NCBI RefSeq assembly: GCF_964355755.1
Contig: NC_092677.1
Location: 15,150,101 to 15,214,100, forward strand
Length of the DNA: 64,000 nucleotides
Direction of reading: 5' to 3'
Origin: Antedon mediterranea
Taxonomy: Eukaryota; Animalia; Echinodermata
Numbering within the stretch: position 1 is the first letter of the stretch; each line of letters begins with the position of its first letter. Under the pieces are notes generated by a model. It ran no database searches. It worked only from the letters and a program-made list of their open reading frames with translations, and was not told the DNA's origin. Both the position numbers and the translations under genes were made by a program. Of the stretch, positions 25,382 to 38,100 are shown piece after piece.

Positions 25382-27060
25382 CCTAATTAACAGTGTGATT
25401 TTAACTAAATTCTTTTATTTGCTATGCATTATACTAATTTGACTAAACTTGTAAGTTGTTTCAAAAAAAAAAATATATAGTATTGGTATTGCATTTAAAG
25501 ATTAATTTACTAATATTATTCAAATTATTTAATAAAAGGTATTTTAAAATGTCATCAGAATTCAGGGAATTTCTGATTGGCCATGCATGACTGGATTAAA
25601 AAAAATAATGGTTCCAAGTAAGGAATTTTATTGGATATTTTAACCAGTTGAACTAGTTTTCAGTTTAATTTTAACCCGAGGCTTTTAATTCTCAATATTT
25701 CTTAATCTTGTACCAAATATTGTAAGCTGTTTAAAAAAAATTGTCAATTATTTTAGGAAGTAACATTTATTTAAATTTAAACCTACGTACTTTTTAAAAG
25801 ATATTTTTATATAGTTATGCCATAATTTTATTGATCAACTAAACTGGATTGTTATTGTACCTCCTATAAGGTTTTCTAAAGATAAAGTGTATTCACAAAA
25901 ACTCCAAATGAGCTGTGATACATATAATAAAAAATAAATAATAACACAATTATGTAAATGTACTTTACATTTATTTATTTTATGTTTCAATTGTACCTTT
26001 TTGAAAAAGTTAATTTATTTTGTATAAAATACACAGTTATATAACTGAACTCTATAATTTAATTATTACAGTTATTTATTTTGACAATAACACTTTTAAA
26101 TGTTTCTCGGTTGTACCATTTCTAAATGTGTATTATTTATCATTTAATGCTTGAGTTTTCATTGTATTTTTTTTTTCATTTACAATTTGTGTTTAGATTT
26201 AAAAATAAATTGAGGCTGAGAATCCTTTATTATTTGCTGTGTGTTTATTTGTCAAAGTTCAGAAGGGTGAATTTTTGAAGGGTGTGGCTTTGTTGACATT
26301 AAGGACAATATGTAATAAAAAGGGCCTATATTGATTAAATTGGTTGGAAGATATGATTCTTTCCCCAAAATAAATTTAGTTTGAAATCAATCATTTCTTT
26401 ATAGTATTGGTTGAATACAGCAAGCAATTATTCATTAATATTATTGGTTAGATAGTGCACCGAAAGTCTCTTTCATTTGTCCATGTTTGGAGTTTTTTTA
26501 ACCATATGGCATTTTAAAAGGCTTTGGCCAAATTAAATTATAAATAATTGGGAAGTAACTTAATATTTAATTTATGCTTAACTAAATCCTTAGAATAATA
26601 GTACTAACTCTATATAACACTGATGATAACAATTTGTATGAAATAACCATTTATTGCATGCATCATTTAAATTGTTGTCACAGTATTAGTACAGTTAGTA
26701 TTTTCCATTATTTAAATAGCGTCCTCTTTTTTAAAAGAGCATTCATTAGGAATCTGATTGGATTATCGCTTCCATGCGCTTACTTAACGGCAACTGTGAT
26801 TGGCTAAGTGTTTATAGACGTTTATCAATGGGACCATTTGTATAGCGGCTTAAGCGGTACCACTGAACGGTAATGAGTTTGCGGTTTGATCGTCTGCTGT
26901 CAGTCACCTAATCAACTGTCAAGTTATTCCAAAGTTTAATATGATAACTACAGCGACTCTTTAGGAATGATATTGTGTTTTTAGGCTAAGATATCGCGGT
27001 TCTTATATTTAAGCTTGTTCAAATGGCGTAGGTTGAAGTTTGCGTGCTTAAGTGGCACTT

Positions 27061-27169
27061 ATGATGGAAGTTGCTACCGTGCGTTTGTGGTGGATTTGCA
27101 TGTTGTTGCTCGCGTGTGATGAAGGAATATTTGCCCAGGAGGACGGTGGGACCAGCACGGCAACAACAG
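27061..27169 (+). CDS. IGSF9: Protein turtle / IGSF9 homolog, exon 1 (signal peptide)
   Basis: MMEVATVRLWWICMLLLACDEGIFAQEDGGTSTATT, then a CAG|GTAAGC phase-1 donor compatible with the exon at 44629. Confidence 0.65.
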
Positions 27170-29318
27170 GTAAGCATGGGGCTAAAACATAGTCCAACTT
27201 TAAATCATCGTCTAATTTCTAATTGCGATCATAGGGTGTTTTTAAAGTTTTGTTGTCATTTATTTCTGATAATAATATGAATATCAGAATTGTTAGTAAA
27301 TGTATTATGATTTTTATTTAAATTATGGATGCCTATTATAGATAGGCTAATTGTGATTTGTAAGCGTTTTAAATCCCCATCCATTCTGTAAATATTGTTT
27401 GTTAATTTTTTTTATTTGATTTGATGCTTGGAATTGAATTTTATTTTTCATAATTATTGGTTTATCTTTTTATATTGTTGAAAACAGTTTTACGGCTCTT
27501 GCCTTTGTTTTATAAATTTGAATATTTTTGCCGTTGTAACGGTTTTAAAAATGTATTTCTTTAAATGTATTGTATTTATGCATCTTGAAAATTGGTATAG
27601 TTAATTTTAGTGTAATAGTGCGTGTGTAATGTGTATTATAAATAATTGCAATTGGGACAATCATTTCCATTTGGTTTGTAGTTGCACATGTTCTATATGT
27701 ATGCTTAAACTATAATAGTAATTACATAAATAAGTACTGTCTCATACTTGAATTAACTATCAAAAAGTATTTAATGGTGTGTAAAATTTGTTTTTTTTTA
27801 AGGTCTGTTGAAAATCTGTTGTAATAATCATTTTTATTTTAGTTAAATTTTTGCTTTATCTTTTTTTTTCCAACTATTTAAAAGTTTTATTAAAACTACT
27901 TTTTATTGTAGAACATACAATGTGTTAGTATGTTATATGTAAGGTACTGATTAAGTGTTTTACCTTATTCAGTGGAAAAATGATCTGTCCATGCTTATTC
28001 TGAAGATAAATAGGTTTGGACCAGTACATTTTTATTAAATCTTAACCATTGAATATGTACCTTAAATTACAATACAAATGTATTTATTTTTGGAATTCAA
28101 TAGAAATAGACAAAACAGCGTTACATTACAGGTCCAGCAATATTGTTAATGCTGAATTCAATGTGTACGTGGTATGCACAAAGATTATTAATTTGAACCA
28201 TAACGTAATGAGTTTGATATTAATAATCCAAAATAAATGGATCAAAAGCCAAGCTTACAGTAGTAATCATAATTGTTTTGATAGAAAAATTCTTTTAATA
28301 GTATAGTCAATTTTGAGTTATTAGTTGAAGTTAAGGAGATTGTCTTGGTAATCAATCATCGGGCATATTTTCAAAATGAGCATAATTTGAAACATTCTGG
28401 AGTTGTCTGGAGACATCTACTCAAGGACACACTGTATACAAATAGCAGAAAACTAAAAGAAAAAGAAAATCTTTTCTAATAATCCCAGAAAGCATTGAAA
28501 ATAAAGGTCACCTGTGTAGAGTTCAGTGAGCATTTGCATTGGCCCCAGGACCTCAGAATCTACAGCAGCTTACTGAAGCTACCTGGTTTAAATCTTTAGG
28601 CAGGGAGTTGTTATTAGATGGAGTAACAACAAATTTATCAACTGATCTACAGCCAATAAGCGACGAGCGGTATACAGGAACCTCAAAGGATTATGCAGTC
28701 AACTGGCACTAATTTCCTGCCTTTTGTTTGGAGTCTACTTTGCCGACGATGCCAGGCCCTCTATCGCCGGGATTCGTCCATTTTGAGTAAAGACTTTCGA
28801 TGCATTCCTGACAAACAAACATTGTAGGCATGCGCAGATGATTCCTTCTTCGTCTATAGCTTTACAATTTGTTTACGTCATTAGAGAATTCTGCAATATA
28901 TATTTTACAAAAAACCGCTTTAAATTCCGACCTTTCGTTAAAAAGTTACGATAATTCAAAGTGTACGTTCATCTGTTTGTTTGTAGACCTTCTTTCGTGA
29001 TTTTCAGAGACTTTTGGTAAGTTTTAAAGTTAATATTTGATATTTTCCGCACGTTTCTCCATTTTAACACCAGCGCTAATATTTAAAAGAGTATGTCTTC
29101 TATCATTCTCTTGATATCTTATTTTCTTACAGTTTCTTACATAATCGTAATTTTGGTTAAAATACAACATGTTTTTATAGGTGTGGGCATGTTGTCAGTA
29201 GTGATAAACGCCAGCGTGTAATCTGGGTAATTAACACCCTCCGATCGTATGTTTGTTGGCGGCTGGAATCGCCGATTCTGGTGATGCACTAGGTACACCA
29301 CCAGGGCCTAGGCCTAGC

Positions 29319-29347
29319 CAGGGAGATGGTCTAATAACAAATCCCTG
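29319..29347. repeat. Fused-TIR footprint of a related element
   Basis: CAGGGAGATGGT+CTAATAACAAATCCCTG flanked by the 7-bp direct repeat GCCTAGC (29312-29318 / 29348-29354). Confidence 0.7.
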
Positions 29348-29572
29348 GCCTAGCCCTCTCCCATAAATAGGCCTAGGCCCCTGCACGTATGCTAGGCGGG
29401 GAATTACCTATATAACTAAGCATAGCCTATAGAATAGGCCTATATAATTATAGGATGTCCACTATAAATAATAATTAATATTAATACAATTCTATGACTA
29501 TGTATGAATGTACTGACTGTAATTTATTTTGTTGTCTTCCTGTTATTCATTATAGGAATTTGTACTGTAATA

Positions 29573-29968
29573 ATGGAAATACAGGCTATTTGTCGTTTAT
29601 GTGGGCGAGAGACTGCTGCATCTGACTCAAGACGTCTAATTTTGAAATCTGATTATTCAGATTTAATCCAGCGTGCACTACAAGTAGATGTGAACACGGA
29701 TATTCTCCCACCATACAGTTGTAACAACTGTAGAGTAAAACTTGACACATGGAAGAAGAATATGCGCTCTAAAAAGAAGGATGTAAAAATTGGAATAAAC
29801 CTTGCTGATTTTGATTCCAGTGAAAAACCGACAGAAGAATCTTTTTTCTGTGAGGCAGCAGTAGTTGCATTGCATCTCAAATGGGATACATTCTTTGGAA
29901 AGGAGAAGACAAACACATGTTTACAAACATTGTTATTTGTACATGATTGTACATGTATTTATTTTTAA
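29573..29968 (+). pseudogene. Truncated transposon protein with RAG1 N-terminal (central non-core) zinc-binding-like domain
   Basis: MEIQAICRLCG...YSDLIQRALQVDVNTDILPPYSCNNCR parallels RAG1 CRICG...[29 protein letters not shown]; acceptor at ~29554 precedes ATG 29573; no catalytic core follows. Confidence 0.65.
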
Positions 29969-30034
29969 ATATGTATTTAATACAAAGAATTAAAAAATGA
30001 CTCAGTATATCGATTATTTTTATTTACAGTATAT

Positions 30035-30886
30035 CATTCATTAAAAGCCTTGGTTACATTTAGATATACAGTACTGTTCAGTACTTGATTTTTCTTCTGC
30101 ACTGTAGCCCCTTTCTTCTTTGTCTGTGCAGGGAGTTCCCTGGTCTGTGCAGGAACATCTTTGTCTAGAATTGAAAAAAAAAACAATTAACATAACTCCC
30201 TGGTCATACATTTAATCAGGCGTTGTCAATTTAACTCCCGGCATTTGTTAACAAATGAAAAATACATAAATCTTCCCAATTGTCAGTAGTGACAGCCCAG
30301 GTCATAATTAATAAATGGAAATAATACTGCATCATCAGAAAGTTGTTTTTATTGGGGTAGGCCTAGCCCCTACTTGACCGTCCCTCCCTTCCTTCCTGAT
30401 GAAATATTAAAGTTCAATGAATAAATACCTGTAAAAAAAAGGCAACGTAAAAGGCCTCCTTTCTTTCCTAGAGATTCTAGCTAGGAACGGTAGGCTGCAG
30501 TAGTATCAAATATTGAATAGGCTACACCAGTTACTAACCTGTTTCTTGAGTAGTAGTAGTACTACTAGGTCGCTTAACACTAGGCCTACTTGAGCCAGGC
30601 CTATGCCCAATATTATTAACGTCGTGTTGTTGACAGCATTGCTCACAAACCCATTTGCCAGCTGGAACTTCAGAAGATGTGAGCAGTGAGCTTCACACAT
30701 TCAAAATGGAACCATTCATTAGGACATGCTTTTCCTTCACAAGCGATCATTTGATCGTCAGAACTTTCCCCACATGGGCAATACATTGGCACATTTTCAT
30801 TTAGATCAACATCTTCTAAATCGCTATCATCGAAATCTAAATCGGAAAAGTCTACGTACATCGGTATAGAAGTCGTCAGTTGTCAT
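30035..30886 (-). pseudogene. Transposon-borne acidic-tract + PHD-finger (ING-type) gene, two exons, frameshifted
   Basis: YCPCGESSDDQMIACEGKACPNEWFHFECVKL; removing a 7-bp duplication (30679-30691) restores TSSEVPAGKWVCEQC. Donor at ~30538; exon 2 ~30165-30035 (DKDVPAQTRELP...AFNE*) is followed by AATAAA. Confidence 0.7.
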
Positions 30887-33800
30887 TGTGTGTCGCGATT
30901 GTATCATCTGGCTTTCTGAAACACCATGACGATGTGTGACGTAGGCCAGAGTTATTCAAGCGAAGCGAAGCAACTTTGACTTTTCTGCGCATGCGCGTGT
31001 CATTGATTACGTCAGGGAAAATTGTTTATTTGATGAGGAACTGTTTATCGGGGATTAAGTCTTATCTATTTTACTTCCTGTCGGAAAAGTAGACTGATCA
31101 AAAGAACATACTATGATGTTACTCCATCTAATAACAACTCCCTGCTTTAGGGATGACATTTATCACAGGGCCTGTTTCTGCAAGAATGTGATTTTTTTAG
31201 CAACAGAAACATGGCTAATCCAAACTTATATAGTCTAATTTTTTTTTGTAAAATAAAAAATGTTATTTCATTTAAAGAGGAGCTATTTTAAATATTCATA
31301 GTAACAACCATAGTGTATCTTGATCAACCTAAGCTTAATTCACACTTGTTGCATTTTATAGAACAGCAGACAGAATCTTTTAATTCTTTATAAGATTTAT
31401 TATTACAGAGCTGTCTTCTATTCCATGAAATGGAAAAAGTTTGAATACAGAATGAAGATCCTTTTTTCCTGTCGTTTTTCTAGGTTTTTATAATTCTACA
31501 GTAGGAATGTAGAATATTCAATATGATCATTGTAAATCACAAGTGCTTGTCATCTGCATTTGCTACTTTATATTTGATAGGTACTTTATTTACCTTTTTA
31601 TAACCTTTCTTCTCATACATTTATTACCCATAAAATATGGAGATATTGTAAAAACATACAGTTTAATAACTCATTTAAGTGAACTGTTCTAAAAAAAATG
31701 TGAACACTTGGTACTTTTACAAATAAATTATGGTACTTTTACAAATAAATTATGGCATTTTTCAACTAGTTCTTCTGCAGTCTACACTTTTAATCCACAG
31801 AAAGTATTCTAGAAATTAGAGTCAGAATTAGAACAGCCAGTATAGGATGCATCTTGCCAACAGGAATATGTCAGATTTAATTTTTCACATTTCTTGGAGC
31901 TGTTAGTCTTAATTCTGTATTTAAAGAAGATTTAAAGAAGATAAAAAGAAGGAAGTTAGCAAGTAAAACTTAGGTTTGATGTTACATTGTCTGTTCAATT
32001 GTTGGTATCCAAAAATGTATTCAGACAAGAGTTTTCCATTTCTTATTTTTAATTCAACATGGTTTAATTAATATCCAAGTAGGTTTCTACAATAAAGGTA
32101 TTTAAAGTTTAAAATAGATTAGGTTTTTGGTTTTGGTGTCCATATGGTAATTGGTTGATGATGCAGCAGGAATCCATCTAAATGACTTTGTGCATTTCAT
32201 ATGATTCTAAACTAACCTTTCCTTAGTTTTTTGTTTTGTTTATCGGCAGATGTTCTGTGCTGTCATGTATCGCTTTCAACCTATTTCTTTATGACTGTAC
32301 AAATAAAACACATTTTAACTACAGTTCTTATAGCTTTCGGTCATCACACTATTGAAACTTTTCCATTTGTTTGGAAACCCACAGTATTGCTTAATATAGT
32401 TGATACTTGATTCCACTAAATAATCCCAGGATACATAGTATAAATAGGATATTATTGATCATTTCATCAAACACTTTTTCACCGATCAAAGGATATTTTT
32501 AACGGCTGTATTTACGGTGTTCAAATGATTTCTTAGCAGATGGAAACTGTACAGACTTTAGGGTAATATTCTATTGTGTAAATATCCTTAAGATATGTGG
32601 TTATTGACTTCAAATAGAACACTGTTGAATACAGATGTAGAAAAAAGTTCTATATTGTGCCTACTTAATAAATATTGGTATGTCAAACATCACTTCTCTT
32701 TGTTTTGGACCAACTTCAATCTTAGGATATTTGATTATTATGATTCCAAATCATACCGTTGGATGCACATTATTTAAAAATGTTTTGGCAAATACTGTTA
32801 CTTTTTCTTTATTTTAAATATCAATTTCACATTTTCACTAGTGATTACCAAACCATTACAGATGAGAAAAAAAAATGTTTGTCGTATTGTTACCAAACGT
32901 TCTTTATTCTAAAGACGACTTTCTCTTTGTCTACAGTACAGTAAGTTAGTTGTATTTTGTATGTTTTTGTTAAAAAGTGTTACTATAGTATTATGCTCTT
33001 TATTTAATATTTTAAAGATCATATTTTACAGACTTCCTCAAGGTATTTGACTATTTTGAATAGCAAGCTGTTGATGCAGATGGTGATACCCACACTACAG
33101 TGTCAGTTGACTCAGTTTTTCATGTTTGCCTGCTAACAATGAAATAAATGTTCGCAAATATTGAATGTACACAAAATGTTTATTCATTAATGGTGATGCG
33201 AGTAACTTAGCGTGCTATTTCTGTACAGAAACTCTGCTGTAGTAAATTAGCCCAAGTTGAAGCGTGGGTTTTGTTCTGTCATTATACAAAGATGTTTTGT
33301 ATTTAATTTGTTGACTAAAGGATTTAAATGTAGGCTTTTGTGTTTTAAGGATATTGATTCTCTGTGGTTGAATCCAGGGTGCACTTCAACCACAAAGAAT
33401 CAAAGAAGCTTATTTACATAAAACGGTTTGGATTGTCTGACAACGCGACAGTTTTAAATAAGACATTTTGAGGCCGAATTAAAAAAAAATGAATTTTGCA
33501 TCTTTAATAGATCTCATTAAACTTTAGAGCTTCATGGTATTTTGTACTATTTATATATTTTAGGTGGTTTTTCCCTTACTAAAAATCTAAATTGCGTAAT
33601 AAAGAACGAAATAAATGAATGCTAGTGTGTATGCAAATCATTAAACAATAATTATAACAAACATATTCACCCAAATTGGTAATAAGGTGGGATTACAGAA
33701 CAAACACATGATTGTTATCATGAATACCCTAATGAGACAAAATACAATAATATGGCTAAGCTACTGTAATCTCCTTATTGTAGCTAAAAATTCACTAATA

Positions 33801-34851
33801 GTTCAAAAAATGTTCTTTTTTGTTTTCTGACAATAAATGAACTTGGAATCTGGAATGTAGTATACAGCTCAATAATGAGTTTTAATACTGAGGTCATTAT
33901 TGATAAAATTTAACCTCCAAGTAATTATACTATCATTGGGTTGATTGATTTTATTTGAGAATTTGTACTTTGGAAGTCAACATGATGCATCTTTATCATC
34001 AAGTTTTAAAGCCTATTTTACACTAGCAAACTTTAGTTTGTAAACACAAGCCAACCAAACAAAAAGCAAGGTTTACTGGACTAGATACATACAAGTATGT
34101 ACAAGAAAACTTTATAACTCTGCATAACTGTTATTTACAAACTAGCTATGAGTTTGCTACTGTTTTGAAACTAAATCTTTCTCTGGTAAATCAAAAGAAG
34201 TATATCAAAAAGGAACTAAAAATAAATTTGATTTTTTTGTCAAAGTACATCGACATTGACAGGAAATATCAGGCCCTCAATCAAAACCTAGCTGGGTTTG
34301 ATAATACCAATATGCTGAAATTAAATAAACATGATGTTTGTTGGTTTTCATGTAATCCAACACGTTCATCTTTATATCAAATTGAAAAGGTGTGCTTGTC
34401 ATATGTTTAGGTAGCCACTAATCTGTCATATGCTCCGTTTACGATTAGCATCAACAAAATGGTGCTGAGATATTGATCTTTTCAGGTGTTAATTCAATCT
34501 AGTAATCCTATTAAAAATAAAACCATTTTACTATTAATTCATTGGTTTAATTCGTAGATAGAATCGAGAACATATAAATCTCCCTGGATAGAATAATGAA
34601 AATTATGGCACAGAATGTGTTTTGGTATTAGGGGTAATAGTTTGTACAGTTTAAATATGTTGGTTTGATTCAAATAGTGATTACCAACAAGTGTTGTGGT
34701 AGTTAACCACCAATGCAATGAATGATAAGATAGTCAATTGAGTAATATTTTATCAAAATTTGGCTGCTAGAAGATTTAATAGTAGATTAATAAATTACTT
34801 CATCAAATTTTCATTTTGTGGAGTTCAGTTTTACAGCTTTCTTTAATTTAA

Positions 34852-35185
34852 AGATGTATTGTCCCCCTGAAAAAAATAATTTTGGTTGAATATGCCATTT
34901 TAATTTCACCTAATTGTTATCCACTTTGACCAAAAATTGGATGGAAAAAAATATATTTACCTGAAAAAACTGTAATTTAAAGCAGAAAATAGTCAAATTG
35001 GCTACCAGCCAATGGATTTTTGGTTGAACTTAACCATTTATTTTTGTCATTTTATATGTGAAAACATCATTTTTTTGTTTTTTTCCCTCTGCAAGTGATT
35101 AACTTGATTAAAACTACAAAATAACCTATTCAAAGTCTGATTTAATTAATCTTCATTTTTCATGTTTTTGGGGGACAACACATCT
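34852..35185. mobile_element. Kolobok-like non-autonomous DNA transposon
   Basis: TTAA TSD on both sides; termini AGATGTATTGTCCCC / GGGGACAACACATCT. Confidence 0.7.
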
Positions 35186-38100
35186 TTAATCTATCTAGGG
35201 TCTACAGTATACAGTACTACACTTTTCTACCTATATTTAAGTTTGTAATTTAAGAACCATCACTTGAGGAATTGAATTGCATTGTTTATATTCTCTAAAG
35301 AAATAATGAACAATATGGCTTGTGCTGTGGTTTGAGGTTACCATAGTTCAGTTCTTGTCAATTCAATATTCATGTGTTGGCACACTTCTTGCCTGATATT
35401 TCTTTTATACAGGTATATATTGAAACCCATTGACAATTTGTTTTCCACTATTTTTTCTTTGAAATTGCTTCAAGGGATATTGTTGTAATATTGTCTTGCT
35501 TTCCATCCACCAAAAATGGAATGTGAAAAGAGTTGAAGTCTATACATTTTTCTTATTCTTCCATCTACCTGTTTTATATCATTCACTTAGTACAGTTTTG
35601 AATTGAACAGATAAAACATTTTAGTGAAAAGTTGTTTAGGTCCTATATTGTAGATCCACTGATGCAATGCTCGAATATAGCAATTTAACACCTGATGTAG
35701 TATGTAACTACCATAGGGCAAAGATGAAGAAAAGCGTTTTTCGTTGTTATTTATAACAAAAAAAGAATATCCTATAAAAAAACCTTCATTATGAAAAAAT
35801 ACAGAAGGTTATAACTGTAATTCAATGCATTAGTTCTGGTACTGATTACATAATCATGACAAATGACATTTTACAAAAAAAATCAATATGTGTTTTATTA
35901 ATGATTCTACATCCTTGTGGATTGAAATGTTTATTTCCAAAAGCCATGAAAAACATGGACCTCACAGAACAAGAGTTTGGTTTGTTTATTGTTACCTAAG
36001 TAGATGACCATGAACAAGGCTCTCATCTTTGATGTTTTAAGGTCAAGAGATGATGGAATTATCATGCTGGGTTTGTCACAATAGGTTTTTATTGTTGATC
36101 TTGATCAATCACAAGGTAATTGATACCAGAAAACCCTGTTCTCTATGCTTTACCTTAGTAGAGATAAAATAGTGTAATATCTCCATGCTCTATTCATGCT
36201 TTTCTTTACAAATAAGTAACGATTGTTTAGCACCAAATATGGAAATGTTGTTCCAAATATGGACGAAATTGATCCAAATATTAAAGATACTGTTCCATTG
36301 ATTATATTCTCTCAAATATTGTCTGGTTTTTGAATTGAATTGAAGCTGGCTTAACAAAAATGGAATTAATACCAGAGAGATATGGAATCTGTTTTTATCA
36401 AATATATACCAAGTTTTAACAAATTTGCAAATTGTTTGACTGAATTATGGAATTTGTTTATCAAATATTAGTTATTAAAGTTTTTTTATAGTGTTTTATA
36501 TCAATATAATTTATTATTCTGTTGGATACATTTCCTTCTGTATAAATCAATGTCCAGTTTTACCATATTAAATATCATAGAACTGTCTATGTCAATTTTG
36601 TATGAACAAATTTATGTATTTACAATCTGTCAGGTTGGTCTATAAGGGGTTATTATAGTATTGAGATTTACATATTACACCATATATATAATATGATTCT
36701 ACTAGAAAATATATTGATTTTACCAAGTTTCTACAGACATTTTGACAAAAATGAATTTATTGAATATTTATAAAATGGTTACTCATTCATAGTCGGACAG
36801 TATCATATCTAATTACAAAGTAAATATTTACATTGTTCCCCTAAAAAAAATCAATTTTTGGATATTGATACTGATAAATTTAAAATGGCTCCAACTACTA
36901 TATGAGAATATAGTATGTGATAATAATATGATTCTTTATATATGTATTATTGATGTTGCTATACTGATTTGAATAAACACAACTGTAGGCCTACTACAGT
37001 AGCTGGACTATAGAATGTGTAATCTAAATAACCTTTGGTATTCAACATTAAACTACTGGTATCATAATTGGGTCCATGTTTGATCCACATTTTCATGGTA
37101 AACACAATGAGCCTATGCTTTGCAATAATGATTGTATTATAAGTGTGTATTTAATCTACACCTACATACAATAAAAATCATCTTTTTCCTGTGGTTCTTT
37201 GAATATATTAATAAATGTATCACAATAACAAATTTCTACTATTTACAATTTTAAATTAATTACTAACTATTTCAAAACTTCCTTATAAATGTCTACATGC
37301 AAGATAAAGCAAAGAATTTAAGTAAACTGCAGTTTAATAACTATTTTTAATGATTCATCCACTTAATGCAATACTTGCATGATTGAGTATTTATTCAAAG
37401 ATTGGTTTAAAGTTTAGAATGAAATTACTGCAGTAACTGCAATAATGTTTACATTATATCTCATCATAACATTACTCAATATGTGGGCTTAAACTTGCTA
37501 AATTCAGTGTTTTCATTATTCTCAAAGATGGTTTTGATTAAGAAATGAACAACTAATTCTGTAATCATGGTAATAAAGAGCTGGCTTGCTATTCCAAGTA
37601 TTCATAGTAAGATACCCTTGAACTACCACCAGGCTGATTGCATTTAGTCCAACCTCCTGCCTAAAAAAGTAATTCTCTTTGCCCTCTATCCCACCCATGG
37701 CGGTTTTCCTCTGTCAGGATTGTTGAACAGCTTCTTGTCTAACAAGGTGTGATTTTTGAACAAATTAGAATTTAAAATGACCTTTGAGATTATATATATA
37801 CTGTATGTAATTTTTACTTGTTAGATTCTCTTTAGGGGAATTCAATCAATCAACCAGACTATAAACACTTTCCTTGAAATTGAATTTCAAATGTATATCA
37901 TTATTTTTATTCTAGAGTTCTTATGGATTTGAAATATCTTTTCTAGCTTCCTTAAAATAAAATTAACTTCATAAATGACTATTCTCCTAGAAATATTGAT
38001 AAAGTATAGCCGTTAACAATTTTGAAAAATAGTTTTTATTGTACTAAGTATTAAATACATTTTTCCGAAGTGCTACTGTAGTTGTAATATGTGATTAGAG

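Larger units (their letters stand above)
28601..31144. mobile_element. Non-autonomous P-superfamily-like DNA transposon with convergent RAG1-N-terminal-like and PHD-finger genes
   Basis: Perfect 28-bp TIR CAGGGAGTTGTTATTAGATGGAGTAACA (28601-28628 / 31117-31144); 7-bp TSD CTTTAGG (28594-28600 / 31145-31151); subterminal 16-bp inverted repeat (28732-28747 / 31080-31095). Confidence 0.88.

Noticed and set aside
30670-30861. Host ING-family gene
   Set aside because: No ING N-terminal coiled-coil domain; the PHD is N-terminal, frameshifted and enclosed by TIRs.
28601-31144. Bona fide ProtoRAG/Transib element
   Set aside because: The termini are CAGGGAG rather than a CAC heptamer, the best TSD is 7 bp (a 5-bp TTTAG reading is contained within it, and both footprints show 7 bp), and no RAG1 core or RAG2 kelch repeats are visible.
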